From an uncultured Acidobacteriota bacterium (GTDB lineage Bacteria > Acidobacteriota > Thermoanaerobaculia > UBA5066 > DATFVB01), in NCBI GenBank assembly GCA_963813155.1, contig CAWEYG010000003.1:982372-1046371 (forward strand): 64,000 nucleotides of DNA. Direction: 5' to 3'. The notes beneath the pieces are model-generated. The model was not told where the DNA came from and searched no databases. It saw nothing but the letters and a program-made list of their open reading frames with translations. Shown here piece after piece: positions 52,014-62,993 of this stretch (the first letter of the stretch is position 1; every line of letters begins with the position of its first letter). The translations under genes and the position numbers were made by a program.

Positions 52014-53279
52014 TTACGGGAGGATACAGCGGAAGAGATCCCGGAAAAAGCCGGGATAGGACTTGCCGACCGATCCGGGATCTTCGACGAATCCGCCGCG
52101 CTCGAGGCAGAGAAGGGTCGACGCCATCACGATGCGGTGGTCGGCGCGCGTCGGAAACACCGGTTCCGAGAGGGGATCGGCCGCCGCTCCTCCCACCCGG
52201 ATTTCGCCGCCCTCCGCGCTCGACGCCGCGCCGGTCGCGGCCAGCATGTCCCGGATCGCCTCGATCCGGTCGCTCTCTTTCAGGCGCAGATGCTCGACGC
52301 CCGAGAAGACGCTCTCCCCGGAAAGCCCCGAAGCGATCGCGCAGAGGACCGGAACCGCGTCGGGAAAGCCCGCCGCATCGACGGCCACGGGACGCGTCGC
52401 CTTTCCCGAGACGCGGAGCGAGTCGAGCGCCGGCGCGATCGCGACGCCCATCTTCTCCAGCACGGCAAACGCGGCGGCGTCCGCCTGGGAGGAGGGCCAC
52501 GAAAGATTCGCGAGCTCCATCTCGCCGCCGCGAACCGCGACCGCCCCCGCGAGCGGGACGGCGGAGGAGAAATCCCCGGGAATCGCGATCTCATCGACCC
52601 GGATCGGGCCGGGCTGCACTTCGATCGCCGGGCCCGCGCGCGTCCAGCGCACGCCCGCCGAGGACAGTGCTTCGAGCGTCGTGTCGAGGTAGGCCCGCGA
52701 GACCTCCCTCCCGTCGAGGCGCAGGCGGACGCCGCCCCGCATCCGCGGCGCTGCGAGAAGGATCGCCGAAGCGAACTGGCTGGACGCCGAGGCATCCACG
52801 GCCGCCTCGCCTCCGTCCAGATACCGGCCGCGGATCGCGAGCGGGGGAAAGCCTTCCCGGCCGAGATACGCGATCTCGGCTCCGAGTTTTCTCAGCGCGT
52901 CGACGAGAGGCCCGATCGGCCTCTCGCACAGCCGTGAGGATCCGGTCAACGTCACGGTGAGCCCGGGCGATGCCGACGCCGAGGCCGCGAGGAACCGGCA
53001 CGCCGTTCCGGAGTCGCGAACGTCGAACACGACCGAGGACGCGGGAGACCGCCCGGGCGTGACGAGGATTTCCGAGGGTCCCCGTTCGATCGACGCCCCC
53101 GCGGCCGCGAGGCAGGCCAGGAGCGAATCCGCGTCGCCGCACTGCAGCGCGCCGCGGACCCGGACGGGACCGCTCGCCAGCGAAGCGAGCAACAGGGCGC
53201 GATTCGTGTGGCTCTTCGAGCCGGGGACGCGCACGCGGCCTCGAACCTCCGGAATCCGAGGAACCGCCGCGAAGATCAC
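52014..53279 (-). CDS. aroA: 3-phosphoshikimate 1-carboxyvinyltransferase (EPSP synthase)
   Basis: PGSKSHTNRA, DSGTACRF, RPI, SSQFASA, LRLKESDR, DHRIVM, KSYP. Confidence 0.95.
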   Translation of the reverse strand: MIFAAVPRIPEVRGRVRVPGSKSHTNRALLLASLASGPVRVRGALQCGDADSLLACLAAAGASIERGPSEILVTPGRSPASSVVFDVRDSGTACRFLAASASASPGLTVTLTGSSRLCERPIGPLVDALRKLGAEIAYLGREGFPPLAIRGRYLDGGEAAVDASASSQFASAILLAAPRMRGGVRLRLDGREVSRAYLDTTLEALSSAGVRWTRAGPAIEVQPGPIRVDEIAIPGDFSSAVPLAGAVAVRGGEMELANLSWPSSQADAAAFAVLEKMGVAIAPALDSLRVSGKATRPVAVDAAGFPDAVPVLCAIASGLSGESVFSGVEHLRLKESDRIEAIRDMLAATGAASSAEGGEIRVGGAAADPLSEPVFPTRADHRIVMASTLLCLERGGFVEDPGSVGKSYPGFFRDLFRCILP

Positions 53280-53810
53280 GCGAGCCCGACGACCGCGATC
53301 CCGCCGCTGTCGTCGATTTCGATCCAGCTCCGCTCCTCGAGGAACGGGGGCACGATCCGGACTTCCCCGCCCGGCATCTGCTCGCGCCACGCCTGGTGAA
53401 AGTGGCCCAGGAGAACGACGTCGTCTCCTCGCGCGAACCGCTTTTCCGCGAAGGAACGGATCAGGTCCACCGGAAGACGCGACTTGTGCTTGAAATTCGA
53501 CTCCCGCAGGCGCTCTTCGGTCTTCGACACGAGACGGCGGGCGGCCGCGCCGGGCACGAGAGTCATCGCCGCCCGAGCGACCGGGTTCTTCGAGACGAAC
53601 CGCCAGAACCGGTAGGGCCAGTCGCGCTCGTTGATGCCGTCTCCGTGGACCAGAAAAAACTTCCGGCCCCCGGCCTCGAACGAGGCCTCGGGGCGGATCG
53701 AGTCGAATTCCCTCTCGAGGTAAGAGCCTCGCAGGTAGAAGTCCCGGTTCCCCTCGACGTAGACGACTTTCCCCCCGCGGGATCGAATCTCCCGGATTTC
53801 CTCGAGAAAA
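53276..53810 (-). CDS. lpxH: UDP-2,3-diacylglucosamine hydrolase LpxH-like, N-terminus missing at the junction
   Basis: EGNRDF, VHGD, GHFH motifs; the expected N-terminal DxH motif is absent. Confidence 0.75.
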
Positions 53811-53825
53811 CACGGCGGCCTCGAG
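53805..53825. other. Junction between Acidobacteriota-like and Actinobacteria-like sequence (chimera or contig concatenation)
   Basis: Two unrelated genes truncated head-to-head at the same point; gene content changes from diderm (lpxH, pilQ) to actinobacterial (rnc-mutM-smc). Confidence 0.9.
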
Positions 53826-54136
53826 AGCTCCGCGCAGGTCGTCCACCTGCTCTTCGACCCGCTGATCGAGGCGGCCTCCGCGATGGGTGCCGGCCTGGAC
53901 TGGAAGACCTCGCTCCAGGAGCTGTCCGCCGAGCATGGTCTGGGCGTGCCCGAGTACCTCATCCAGGACGAGGGCCCCGACCACATGAAGACCTTCACCG
54001 CGCAGGTGCGCGTCGGCGACACCCGCTACGGCAACGGCGTCGGCCGCTCCAAGAAGGAAGCCGAGCAGGCGGCCGCTGAGACGGCGTACGGCGAGCTCGT
54101 GGTGACCCTCGGCGTCGCACGCCGACCTTCCGCTGA
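53811..54136 (+). CDS. rnc: Ribonuclease III, C-terminal part only (dsRBD)
   Basis: LFDPLIE...[35 protein letters not shown] (actinobacterial form); end approximate. Confidence 0.85.
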
Positions 54137-54155
54137 CCGACTGACGCGGGCCGAC

Positions 54156-55017
54156 GTGCCCGAGCTGCCCGAGGTCGAGACCGTCCGCGACGGCCTCGCC
54201 CGCCACGTCGTCGGCCGCACGGTCGAGTCGGTCACGGTCCTCCATCCGCGTCCCGTCCGTCGCGACCTGCGCGGCCCGCCGGGCTTCGCGGCCGCGCTCA
54301 CCGGACGCCGGTTCGAGGCGGCCCGGCGTCGCGGCAAGTACCTCTGGCTCCCGCTCGACAACGGCGACGCCCTGCTCGGCCACCTGGGGATGAGCGGTCA
54401 GTCCTGGTCCAGGAGCCGGGCCACCCCGACGAGCGCCACCTGCGCGTGCGCTTCGGTCTCGGCGACCGCGAGCTTCGCTTCGTCGACCAGCGGATGTTCG
54501 GCGGCCTGGCGGTCTCGGCGGGAGGCGCGGAGCTGCCCCCGGAGATCGCCCACATCGCGCGCGACCCGTTCGACCCGGAGTTCGACGACGACCTGTTCGT
54601 CGCGCGGGTGCGGCGTCGTACGGCCGGCATCAAGCGGCTGCTGCTCGACCAGACCCTGATCTCGGGTGTCGGCAACATCTACGCCGACGAGGCGCTGTGG
54701 CGGGCCGAGCTGCACGGCGAGCGGCCGGGGGATCGCCTCCGGCCCATCCAGGTACGACGCGTGCTCGCGCGAGGCGCGGGCCGTCATGGGGGCCGCCCTC
54801 GGGCAGGGCGGCACCAGCTTCGACGCGCTCTACGTCAACGTCAACGGCGAGTCGGGCTACTTCGACCGCTCGCTCCACGCCTACGGACGCGAGGGCCTGC
54901 CGTGCGAGCGTTGCGGCACCCCGATCCGGCGGGTCGAGTTCATGAACCGCTCGTCGTTCTTCTGTCCCCGCTGCCAGCCCGTCCCGCGGGCACGAAGGGT
55001 GCCCGCGGCGAGATTGA
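54156..55017 (+). CDS. mutM: Formamidopyrimidine-DNA glycosylase Fpg/MutM (frameshifted)
   Basis: [38 protein letters not shown]...CPRCQ across three frames; end approximate. Confidence 0.93.
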
Positions 55018-55096
55018 CCCGGGCCGACCGAGGTGTCACTCTTGAAGACGGCCCCCTCGAACCTGGCGGGTCCCCCACGTCGGAAGGCTTCTATTC

Positions 55097-55303
55097 ATGG
55101 CCAAGGCTCTGATCGGCCATCTGCAGCAAGATCGCGGCCTCCCCGTCCGGCTGGCCGCCGACAACGCCCAGCTGCGAGTCAGGGTCGCTGAGCTGGAGGC
55201 ACTGGTCACCCGGTTGATGGAAGAGAACGACCGGTTGGCCGTCGCCCAGGCGGCACGGGTGCTCGACCTCGAGCCCGACCAGCTGGAGATGCAGCCGGCC
55301 TGA
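55097..55303 (+). CDS. Small actinobacterial coiled-coil hypothetical protein
   Basis: MAKALIGH...RVAELEALV...ENDRL, typical of the mutM-smc region. Confidence 0.75.
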   Translation: MAKALIGHLQQDRGLPVRLAADNAQLRVRVAELEALVTRLMEENDRLAVAQAARVLDLEPDQLEMQPA

Positions 55304-55561
55304 CCCGCGAGGGTCACCGCCCCACCTGAGCGCCGCCTCAGCCGCGCACCACCCCAGCGACAGCTGCGAAGCACCACCGCTCCTCGCGGGCGCCGCCCCG
55401 GCGACCCTTCGCGCCCTGCCCCACATGCTGCGGAAACCTGCAGTGCGAGAACCTGTCGTCGCCAGACCATCGACACCGGGCACCGCGTGAGGCAGAGTCC
55501 GCGCCAGTGCCGGACGGGCAAGGCGCCTCGACGGGGCCGGCGGACCATCGGGAGTCATTCA

Positions 55562-56766
55562 GTGGTGAGCAAGAGATTCTTCGCGGCCGTCCTCGGTGTG
55601 GGCGCACTCGCACTCGGTGGACTGACCGCCGGCGTAGCGGGTGCGAACGCCGCCGCCGCACCCCACGTCGTCCACCTCACGGGCCTCCACGCGCAGCGGG
55701 TCTGCGCGAAGGCCCCGGCGGCCGGCCATGCCACCTGCTTCGCCAAGGTCCTGGCCAACAAGGCCGGCGCCGTCCCGCAGGCGGCTGCTCCGCTGTCCAC
55801 GGCGCTGTCGCCCACCCAGCTGAAGGCCGCCTACGGCCTGCCCAGCACCGGCGGGACCGGTCGCACGGTCGCCATCGTGGATGCCTTCGGCTACCCGAAC
55901 CTCGAGCGCGACCTCACCATCTACCGCAACTTCTACGGAATGCCGGCGTGCACGACGGCCAACGGCTGCCTGAAGATCCGCAACCAGACCGGCGGCACGA
56001 CGGCGCCCCGCACCAACCTCGGCTGGGACCAGGAGCAGGCGCTCGACGTCGACGCGGTGTCCGCAGCCTGTCCGGGCTGCAACATCTTGGTGGTCCAGGC
56101 CAAGTCCGCGTCCTTCGCCGACCTGGGCAGCGGTCAACACAGCGGCATCGTCGGCCGGTGTGGTCGCGATCTCCAACAGCTACGGCGGCGGAGACGCCGC
56201 GGACACGACGTACTCCAGGTTCTACAACCACCCGGGGATCGCGGTCACCGCGTCGACCGGGGACAACGGCTACGCCGGAGCCTCCTACCCGGCCTCGTCG
56301 TCCTTCGTCACCGCCGTGGGCGGCACCTCCCTGAAGATGTCCGGCACCAGCCGGGTCAGCGAGACCGTGTGGAGCGGGGCCGGCTCGGGCTGCTCGACGC
56401 TCAACACCGCGCTGGCGGCGGCGGCGAGCTTCAACACCGGCTGCGCCAAGCGGGCCATGGCCGACGTCTCCGCCGCGGCGGACCCGAACACCGGGCGGTC
56501 TGAGCGTCTACGCCCCGACGAGCTCGAAGAACTCCTCGTGGTCGCAGTACGGCGGCACCAGCGAGTCCTCGCCGATCATCGCGTCGGTGTACGCGCTGGC
56601 GGGCGGCGGCTACAGCAACGCGACGCCGTACGCGCATCCGGCGAGCCTGCACGACATCACCAGCGGCAGCAACGGGACCTGCCCCACCACCCAGTGGTGC
56701 AACGCCCGCGCAGGCTGGGACGGGCCGACCGGACTCGGCACGCCGAACGGCACCGGGGCGTTCTGA
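55562..56766 (+). CDS. Secreted S53/S8 family serine peptidase (frameshifted)
   Basis: Signal peptide, TVAIVDAF, EQALDVD, ISNSYG, ASTGDNG, VTAVGGT, GGTS.SSP, GWDGPTGLGTPNG. Confidence 0.85.
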
Positions 56767-56819
56767 CCGGCTGCCTGACAGCCATGACGAAGGGGTCGCC
56801 CGTCCGGGGTTCGCGGCTC

Positions 56820-58298
56820 GCTCGCCTGCTGACGGCGCTGGTGTCCTCGCGTGCCTGCTTCGGCAACATGAACGCGACGGCGAACGCGATCGCGAAGCAG
56901 GCGACGGTCAGCAGGATGAGCCACTTGATCGCGGTGACGAAGCCTTGCTCGGGGATCCACTGGAAGAACACCGTGCCGATCACCGCGACGCCGAGCGCGC
57001 CGCCGAACTGCTGGACGGCGTTGAGCACGCCCGAGCCGGTGCCGACCTCGCGGTCGTCGAGCGTCGGCCAGGATGATGTCGAACAGCGGGGCGAAGATCA
57101 CGCCGCTGCCGAGTCCGATGACCAGGAACAGTCGGGCGCGAGGTCCCAGCCGGTGACCGCAGGCCGTCGTCGGCCGATCGTCCACGCACAGCCAGACCAT
57201 GCCGAGGCGCCGACCACGAGCAGGCCACCGTGCAGCACGTGGCGGCCGAACTTCGGGCCGAGCAGCCGCGCCGGAGAGCGCGGCGCCGATCGCGATGCCG
57301 AGGGCCACGGGGTCATGGCGAGCCCGGTGTGCAGCGGGCGTGAAGCCGCAGGCCGAGCTGGATGAACAGGTTGACGACCAGCATCACGCCGTTCATCGCG
57401 ACGAAGAACGACGCCGAGGAACACCACGCCGGCGACGAACCCGCGGTTGCGGAACAGCGACGGCTCGATCACCGGGTGGCGCTGCGGCGCTCGTTCGACG
57501 CACGAACAGCCGCGAACACGCACCGCGGCGGCGCCATCATCAGCGAAGCACCACCAGCGGCCAGCCGAGCTCGCGACCCTGGACGAGCGGGTAGATCAGC
57601 AGCGCCGAGGCGGCGGTCAGCAGGAGCGCGCCCCACGGGGTCGAGCCGTGGCCTCGGGGTCGCGCGGGAGGTCGGGCAGGTAGCGCCACGCGAGGACGGC
57701 GCCGACCAGGCCGACCGGGACGTTGATCAGGAAGATCATCCGCCAGCCGGTGCCGAACAGGTCGGCGTCGAGCAGGACGCCGGCCAGGATCGGGCCGAGC
57801 ACGGCGGCCAGCCCCATGATCGGGCCGAACGGGATGAACGCCTTCTGCAGGTCGTCGGGGTGCGAAGGACTGCTTCACCATGGCGAGCCCCTGCGGGATC
57901 ATCGCCGCGCCGAACACGCCCTGGAGGACCCGGAAGCCGCGATCAGCAGCCCGGCGGTCGGCGCGAGCCCGCACAGCAGCGAGGCGACGCGTGAAGCCGA
58001 CCATGCCGATGATGAACATCCGGCGGCGGCCGACCAGGTCGCCGAGCCGGGCGGAGACGATCAGGCCGATCGCGAAGGACATCGTGTACGCCGCGAGCAC
58101 CCACTGCAGGGTGCTCGCGGCTGCCGCCGAGGTCGGCCCGGATCGAGGGGCCGGCGAGGTTGGCGATGGTGGCGTCGAGCAGGTCCATGACGTCGGCGAC
58201 GATGACGACGGCCATGACCATCCAGCGGTACCGGTAGCCGCGACGGCCCCGGCTGCGGGGTCTCGGCGCGGGGCGGGGGTGGTGGAGAGCGCTGACAT
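56820..58298 (-). CDS. 14-TM MFS efflux pump (DHA2/EmrB-like; frameshifted, end approximate)
   Basis: DVMDLLDATIANLA.P.I, RLGDLVGRRRMF, RVLQGVFGA, GWRMIFLINVPVG, QQFGGALGVA. Confidence 0.85.
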
Positions 58299-58319
58299 GT
58301 GCGCTCCTGGAGTGAAGGA

Positions 58320-58370
58320 CGAACGGTGTTCGAGTTGACGAACACTGTTCTAAACCCGAACAGCTGTTCG
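58320..58370. promoter_or_regulatory. Three tandem GAAC-N3/4-GTTC palindromic operators in the MFS/rhomboid divergent promoter
   Basis: CGAACGGTGTTCG (58320), CGAACACTGTTC (58339), CGAACAGCTGTTCG (58357). Confidence 0.7.
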
Positions 58371-58424
58371 TGTGGCCGCGGCGGCCCCTTCGTCGCACCC
58401 CGTCCTGCCCGCTAGCGTGGCCCC

Positions 58425-59315
58425 GTGAGCAACCGATGGGGGATGGCACGGCCCGGCCGCGGGTCCGACGACGGCTGGTTCCGGCTGGGCAGTGTGGATG
58501 TCACCACCGTCCTCCTGATCTCGGTCCTGGCGGTCGCCTCCTTCGTCGTGTGGGCCCTGGAGCCGCCCAGCAAGCCGATCCAGTCGGCCCTGATGCTCAA
58601 CCCCGACTCGTTCATCCATGGCCAGGTGTGGCGGATCATCACCTGGCCGATCGCCTATCCCAACGGGATGGGGATCTTCGACATCATCGCGGTCGCCCTG
58701 TTCTGGTACTTCGGCACCGAGATCGAGCGCCAGCTCGGCCGGAAGCGGATGGCCTGGTTCCTCGGCCTGGTGACGGTCGGGCTCGGCCTGCTCTGGGTCG
58801 GCATCGTCGTGGCGACCACGTCCAGCCCCGGTCTCTTCTCGCTGTTCTCGCTCAACCAGCTCGAGCTGATGGTGCTGCTGGTCTTCATCGCCGAGTACCC
58901 CTCTCGCCGCTTCTTCTTCAACATCCCGGGTTGGGTGATCGGCGCCGTCATCATCGGCATCTCCGTGCTCACCTACCTCGGGAACCGCGACTGGCGGCTG
59001 TTGGTCAACTTCCTGCTGGGCCTGGCCCTGACGGCGGTCATCGCTCGTTCGATGGGGCTGATGGCGGAGCTGACGTGGGTGCCCAACCTGGCGATCCGCC
59101 GCCGGCGGAAGAAGGCGAAGCGCAGCAAGCGATCCGGTGGCGAGGGCACGGTCGTGGCCGGCCCGTGGAACCCGACGCCGACGCCTCCGGTCTCGCGCGA
59201 CCAGGCGGAGCTCGACGCGCTCCTCGACAAGATCAGCGCCACCGGCATGGACTCCCTCACCGACCAGGAGCGGCAGCACCTGCTGGTCCTGCGCGACCGG
59301 CTGCGCCGACGCTGA
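58425..59315 (+). CDS. Rhomboid-like membrane protein with C-terminal DUF6576-like domain
   Basis: GQVWRIITW, FG.EIERQLG, C-terminal ELDALLDKISATGMDSLT..ER..L. Confidence 0.75.
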   Translation: MSNRWGMARPGRGSDDGWFRLGSVDVTTVLLISVLAVASFVVWALEPPSKPIQSALMLNPDSFIHGQVWRIITWPIAYPNGMGIFDIIAVALFWYFGTEIERQLGRKRMAWFLGLVTVGLGLLWVGIVVATTSSPGLFSLFSLNQLELMVLLVFIAEYPSRRFFFNIPGWVIGAVIIGISVLTYLGNRDWRLLVNFLLGLALTAVIARSMGLMAELTWVPNLAIRRRRKKAKRSKRSGGEGTVVAGPWNPTPTPPVSRDQAELDALLDKISATGMDSLTDQERQHLLVLRDRLRRR

Positions 59316-59447
59316 GGGAGCACCCCGACACCCGCCCACCTGCCCCGGTTCGGGGGAGCGGCTGGGTAGGGTGAGAGTCGCTGCACTTCCCCGTCGGCAC
59401 CCGCTGCGCCTGCAGTTCCACCCGTTGTCGCGCCCGGAGGAGCCACG

Positions 59448-62400
59448 TTGTACCTGAAGAGCCTGACCCTCAAGGGGTTCAAGTCCTTCGCGTCGTCGAC
59501 CACGCTGCAGCTGGAGCCCGGCATCACCTGCATCGTCGGGCCCAACGGCTCGGGCAAGTCCAACGTCGTCGACGCCCTCGCCTGGGTGATGGGCGAGCAG
59601 GGCGCCAAGAGCCTGCGCGGCGGCAAGATGGAGGACGTCATCTTCGCCGGCACCTCCGGCCGCCCCCCGCTGGGCCGGGCCGAGGTGCTGCTGACCATCG
59701 ACAACACCGACGGCGCGCTCCCGATCGAGTACGCCGAGGTGACGATCAGCCGCACGATGTTCCGCTCCGGCGGCTCGGAGTACGCCATCAACGGCACGCC
59801 CTGCCGGCTGCTCGACGTGCAGGAGCTGCTCAGCGACTCCGGCATCGGCCGCGAGATGCACGTGATCGTCGGCCAGGGCCAGCTCGACACGATCCTCCAC
59901 GCGACCCCCGAGGACCGGCGCGGCTTCATCGAGGAGGCCGCAGGTGTCCTCAAGCACCGCAAGCGCAAGGAGAAGGCGCTCCGCAAGCTCGACTCCACCG
60001 ACGGCAACCTGACCCGCCTCGGCGACCTGCTCAGCGAGATCCGCCGTCAGCTCAAGCCGCTCGGCCGTCAGGCCGAGGTCGCCCGCAGGGCCGCGGTCGT
60101 GCAGGCCGACGTCCGCGACGCGCGCGCCCGGCTGATCGCCGACGACCTGGTCACGGCCCGCACCGCGCTCCAGCAGGAGCTCGCCGACGAGTCGATCCTG
60201 GTCGAGCGGCGCGAGGAGGTCGAGGCGGCGATCGCGAAGGCCCAGGAGTCCGAGGGGCGGCTCGAGTCGTCGCTGCGCGACGACCTCCCGGCGCTCGCCC
60301 GGGCGCAGGAGACGTGGTTCGGGCTGTCCGGGATGCGCGAACGTCTGCGCGGTACGGCGTCGCTCGCGGCCGAGCGGGTTCGCAACGCCGCCGGGTCGGA
60401 GCAGGAGACGCTCGACCTCGGTCGTGACCCCGACGAGCTCGAGGCCGAGGCCGCCCGGATCCGCGAGCAGGAGACGGCCATCGCCGGCGAGGTCGAGACG
60501 CACCGGTCCGCGCTCGAGGCCGCGGTGACCACCCGTCGTACCTCCGAGGAGGCCGCAGCCGAGGAGGAACGCCGGGTCGCGGGCCTCCTGCGTGCGGCCG
60601 CCGACCGGCGTGAGGGACTGGCCCGGCTCGCCGGCCAGGTCAACGCCGTCAAGTCGCGCGCCGCCGCGGCCGAGGAGGAGCTCGGCCGGCTCGAGGCGTC
60701 CCGTGCGGCCGCGGCCGCACGCGCCGACCGCGCCCAGCACGACTTCACCGCGCTCGAGACCCGGATCGCCGGCCTCGACGCCGGTGAGGAGGGTCTCGAC
60801 GCCGAGCACGAGGTCGCACTCGCCGTGCTCGACGACCTCACCGAGCGGCTGGCCAAGACCCGCGAGGAGGCCGCTCAGGCCGACCGGGACCGCTCCGGCC
60901 TCCAAGCCCGCACCGAGGCCCTCGAGCTCGGGCTCAACCGCAAGGACGGCGCCGGCGCGCTGCTCGCCGCCTCCGACTCCGTCTCGGGCCTGCTCGGCTC
61001 CGTGGCCGCCGTGCTGACCGTCGACCCCGGCTACGAGGCCGCGATCGCGGCGGCACTGGGCTCGGCCGCCGACGCGGTGGCCGTCACCGACGGCGACGCC
61101 GCCGTCTCGGCCATCGGCCACCTCAAGACCGGCGACCTCGGCCGAGCCGGGATGCTGCTCGGCGGGGGAGTCACCGACGACCACTCCTGGCCGGGGCTCC
61201 CCAGCCACGCGACGTACGCCGTCGACGTGGTGTCGTGCCCCGACACCCTGCGGCCCGCGCTGGCGCGCCTGCTCTTCAAGACCGCAGTCGTCCACGACCT
61301 CGACGCGGCCCGGGCCCTCGTCGGCGACCTGCCCGACGTCACCGCGGTGACCCGCGAGGGCGACGTGTACGGCGCCCACTTCGCCGCCGGCGGCTCCGCC
61401 TCGCAGCCGAGCCTCCTGGAGATCCAGGCGGCGTACGACGACGCCTCGACCCAGCTGGGCGAGGCCATCGCAGCCTCCGAGCGGCTCGGCTTCGACATCG
61501 CCCGGCTCGACACCGAGCGGCTCGACGCCCAGCGCCGGGTCGACGTCGCGCTGGCCAAGCTCCACGAGTCCGACGCGACACTGGCCGCCGTGGCCGAGGA
61601 GCTCGGCCACTTCGGCACGACCGCGCGCTCGGCCCGCGGGGAGGCCGAGCGGATCGCCACGGCGATCGCAGCGGCCTCCGAGGCACGCGACCAGGACCTC
61701 GCCGGGCTCGCCGACCTCGAGGCCAGACTCGCCGCCGCACACGACGCGACCGACGAGGAGCCCGACACCACCGAGCGGGAGCGACTGGTCGACGCGGCTC
61801 GTGGCTCGCGCCAGGCCGAGATGGACGCCCGGCTCGCCCTACGCACCAGCGAGGAGCGTGCCCGCGCGCTCCATGGCCGCGCCGACTCGCTCCTGCGGGC
61901 GGCCGAGGCCGAACGCGAGGCGCGGGCCCGGGCCATCGAGCGGCGCGAGCGGCTGGTCCGCGAGGGCCGTGCCGCTCAGGCGGTCGGCCTCGCCGTGACC
62001 GTCGTCCTGGGCAAGCTGGAGGTGTCCATCCACCGGGCCGCGGAGGAGCGGACGCAGGTCGAGGCCACCCGGGCCGACCGCGAGCAGGAGCTGCTCGCCG
62101 TACGGTCCGCGCTGCGCGACCTGGCCCGCGAGCACGACGAGCTCGTCCACTCCGTGCACCGCGACGAGATGGCGCGGACCCAGCAGCGGATGCGGATCGA
62201 GCAGCTCGCGGAGCGCGCGCTGGAGGAGCTGGGCCTCGACGAGGACGGACTCGTCGCCGACTACGGCCCCGACCAGCTCGTGCCCTTCACCGGAGAGCTC
62301 GCCGACGGCGAGTCCGCGCCCGAGCCGGCGCCGTTCGACCGCGACGAGCAGGCCAAGCGGCTGCGCGCCGCCGAGCGCTCCCTCGCCCTGCTCGGCAAGG

Positions 62401-62993
62401 TCAACCCACTGGCCCTGGAGGAGTACTCCGCGCTGGAGGAGCGCCACAAGTTCCTCACCGAGCAGCTCGAGGACCTCAAGGCCACCCGCAAGGACCTCCT
62501 CGACATCGTCCGCGAGGTCGACGCCCGCGTGCAGCAGGTCTTCACCGAGGCGTACGCCGACGTGGAGGCCGCCTTCGAGACGACCTTCTCGCGGCTGTTC
62601 CCCGGCGGCGAGGGCCGGCTCGTGCTGACCGACCCGTCCGACATGCTCACCACCGGCGTCGAGGTCGAGGCCCGGCCGCCCGGCAAGAAGGTCAAGCGCC
62701 TGTCCCTGCTGTCCGGCGGCGAGCGTTCGCTGGTGGCTGTCGCGTTCCTGGTGGCCCTGTTCAAGGCGCGCCCGTCGCCGTTCTACATCCTCGACGAGGT
62801 CGAGGCCGCGCTCGACGACACCAACCTCGGGCGCCTGCTGCAGATCTACGAGGAGCTGCGTGCCCACAGCCAGCTGCTCGTGATCACCCACCAGAAGCGC
62901 ACGATGGAGGTCGGCGACGCCCTCTACGGCGTGACCATGCGCGGTGACGGCGTCTCGACGGTGATCAGCCAGCGCCTCCGCGAACCGGCCTGA
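59448..62993 (+). CDS. smc: Chromosome segregation protein SMC
   Basis: GFKSF, GPNGSGKSN, coiled coils, hinge, LSGGE, LDEVEAALD. Confidence 0.97.
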   Translation: MYLKSLTLKGFKSFASSTTLQLEPGITCIVGPNGSGKSNVVDALAWVMGEQGAKSLRGGKMEDVIFAGTSGRPPLGRAEVLLTIDNTDGALPIEYAEVTISRTMFRSGGSEYAINGTPCRLLDVQELLSDSGIGREMHVIVGQGQLDTILHATPEDRRGFIEEAAGVLKHRKRKEKALRKLDSTDGNLTRLGDLLSEIRRQLKPLGRQAEVARRAAVVQADVRDARARLIADDLVTARTALQQELADESILVERREEVEAAIAKAQESEGRLESSLRDDLPALARAQETWFGLSGMRERLRGTASLAAERVRNAAGSEQETLDLGRDPDELEAEAARIREQETAIAGEVETHRSALEAAVTTRRTSEEAAAEEERRVAGLLRAAADRREGLARLAGQVNAVKSRAAAAEEELGRLEASRAAAAARADRAQHDFTALETRIAGLDAGEEGLDAEHEVALAVLDDLTERLAKTREEAAQADRDRSGLQARTEALELGLNRKDGAGALLAASDSVSGLLGSVAAVLTVDPGYEAAIAAALGSAADAVAVTDGDAAVSAIGHLKTGDLGRAGMLLGGGVTDDHSWPGLPSHATYAVDVVSCPDTLRPALARLLFKTAVVHDLDAARALVGDLPDVTAVTREGDVYGAHFAAGGSASQPSLLEIQAAYDDASTQLGEAIAASERLGFDIARLDTERLDAQRRVDVALAKLHESDATLAAVAEELGHFGTTARSARGEAERIATAIAAASEARDQDLAGLADLEARLAAAHDATDEEPDTTERERLVDAARGSRQAEMDARLALRTSEERARALHGRADSLLRAAEAEREARARAIERRERLVREGRAAQAVGLAVTVVLGKLEVSIHRAAEERTQVEATRADREQELLAVRSALRDLAREHDELVHSVHRDEMARTQQRMRIEQLAERALEELGLDEDGLVADYGPDQLVPFTGELADGESAPEPAPFDRDEQAKRLRAAERSLALLGKVNPLALEEYSALEERHKFLTEQLEDLKATRKDLLDIVREVDARVQQVFTEAYADVEAAFETTFSRLFPGGEGRLVLTDPSDMLTTGVEVEARPPGKKVKRLSLLSGGERSLVAVAFLVALFKARPSPFYILDEVEAALDDTNLGRLLQIYEELRAHSQLLVITHQKRTMEVGDALYGVTMRGDGVSTVISQRLREPA

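Noticed and set aside
52014-54383. 789-aa ORF suggesting an N-terminally extended AroA
   Set aside because: The extension is antisense rnc/mutM plus off-frame lpxH read across the chimeric junction; real aroA starts at GTG 53279
53883-54659. Apparent RNase III-MutM fusion
   Set aside because: MutM needs its own N-terminal Pro (GTG 54156); read-through is best explained by an indel in this error-rich segment
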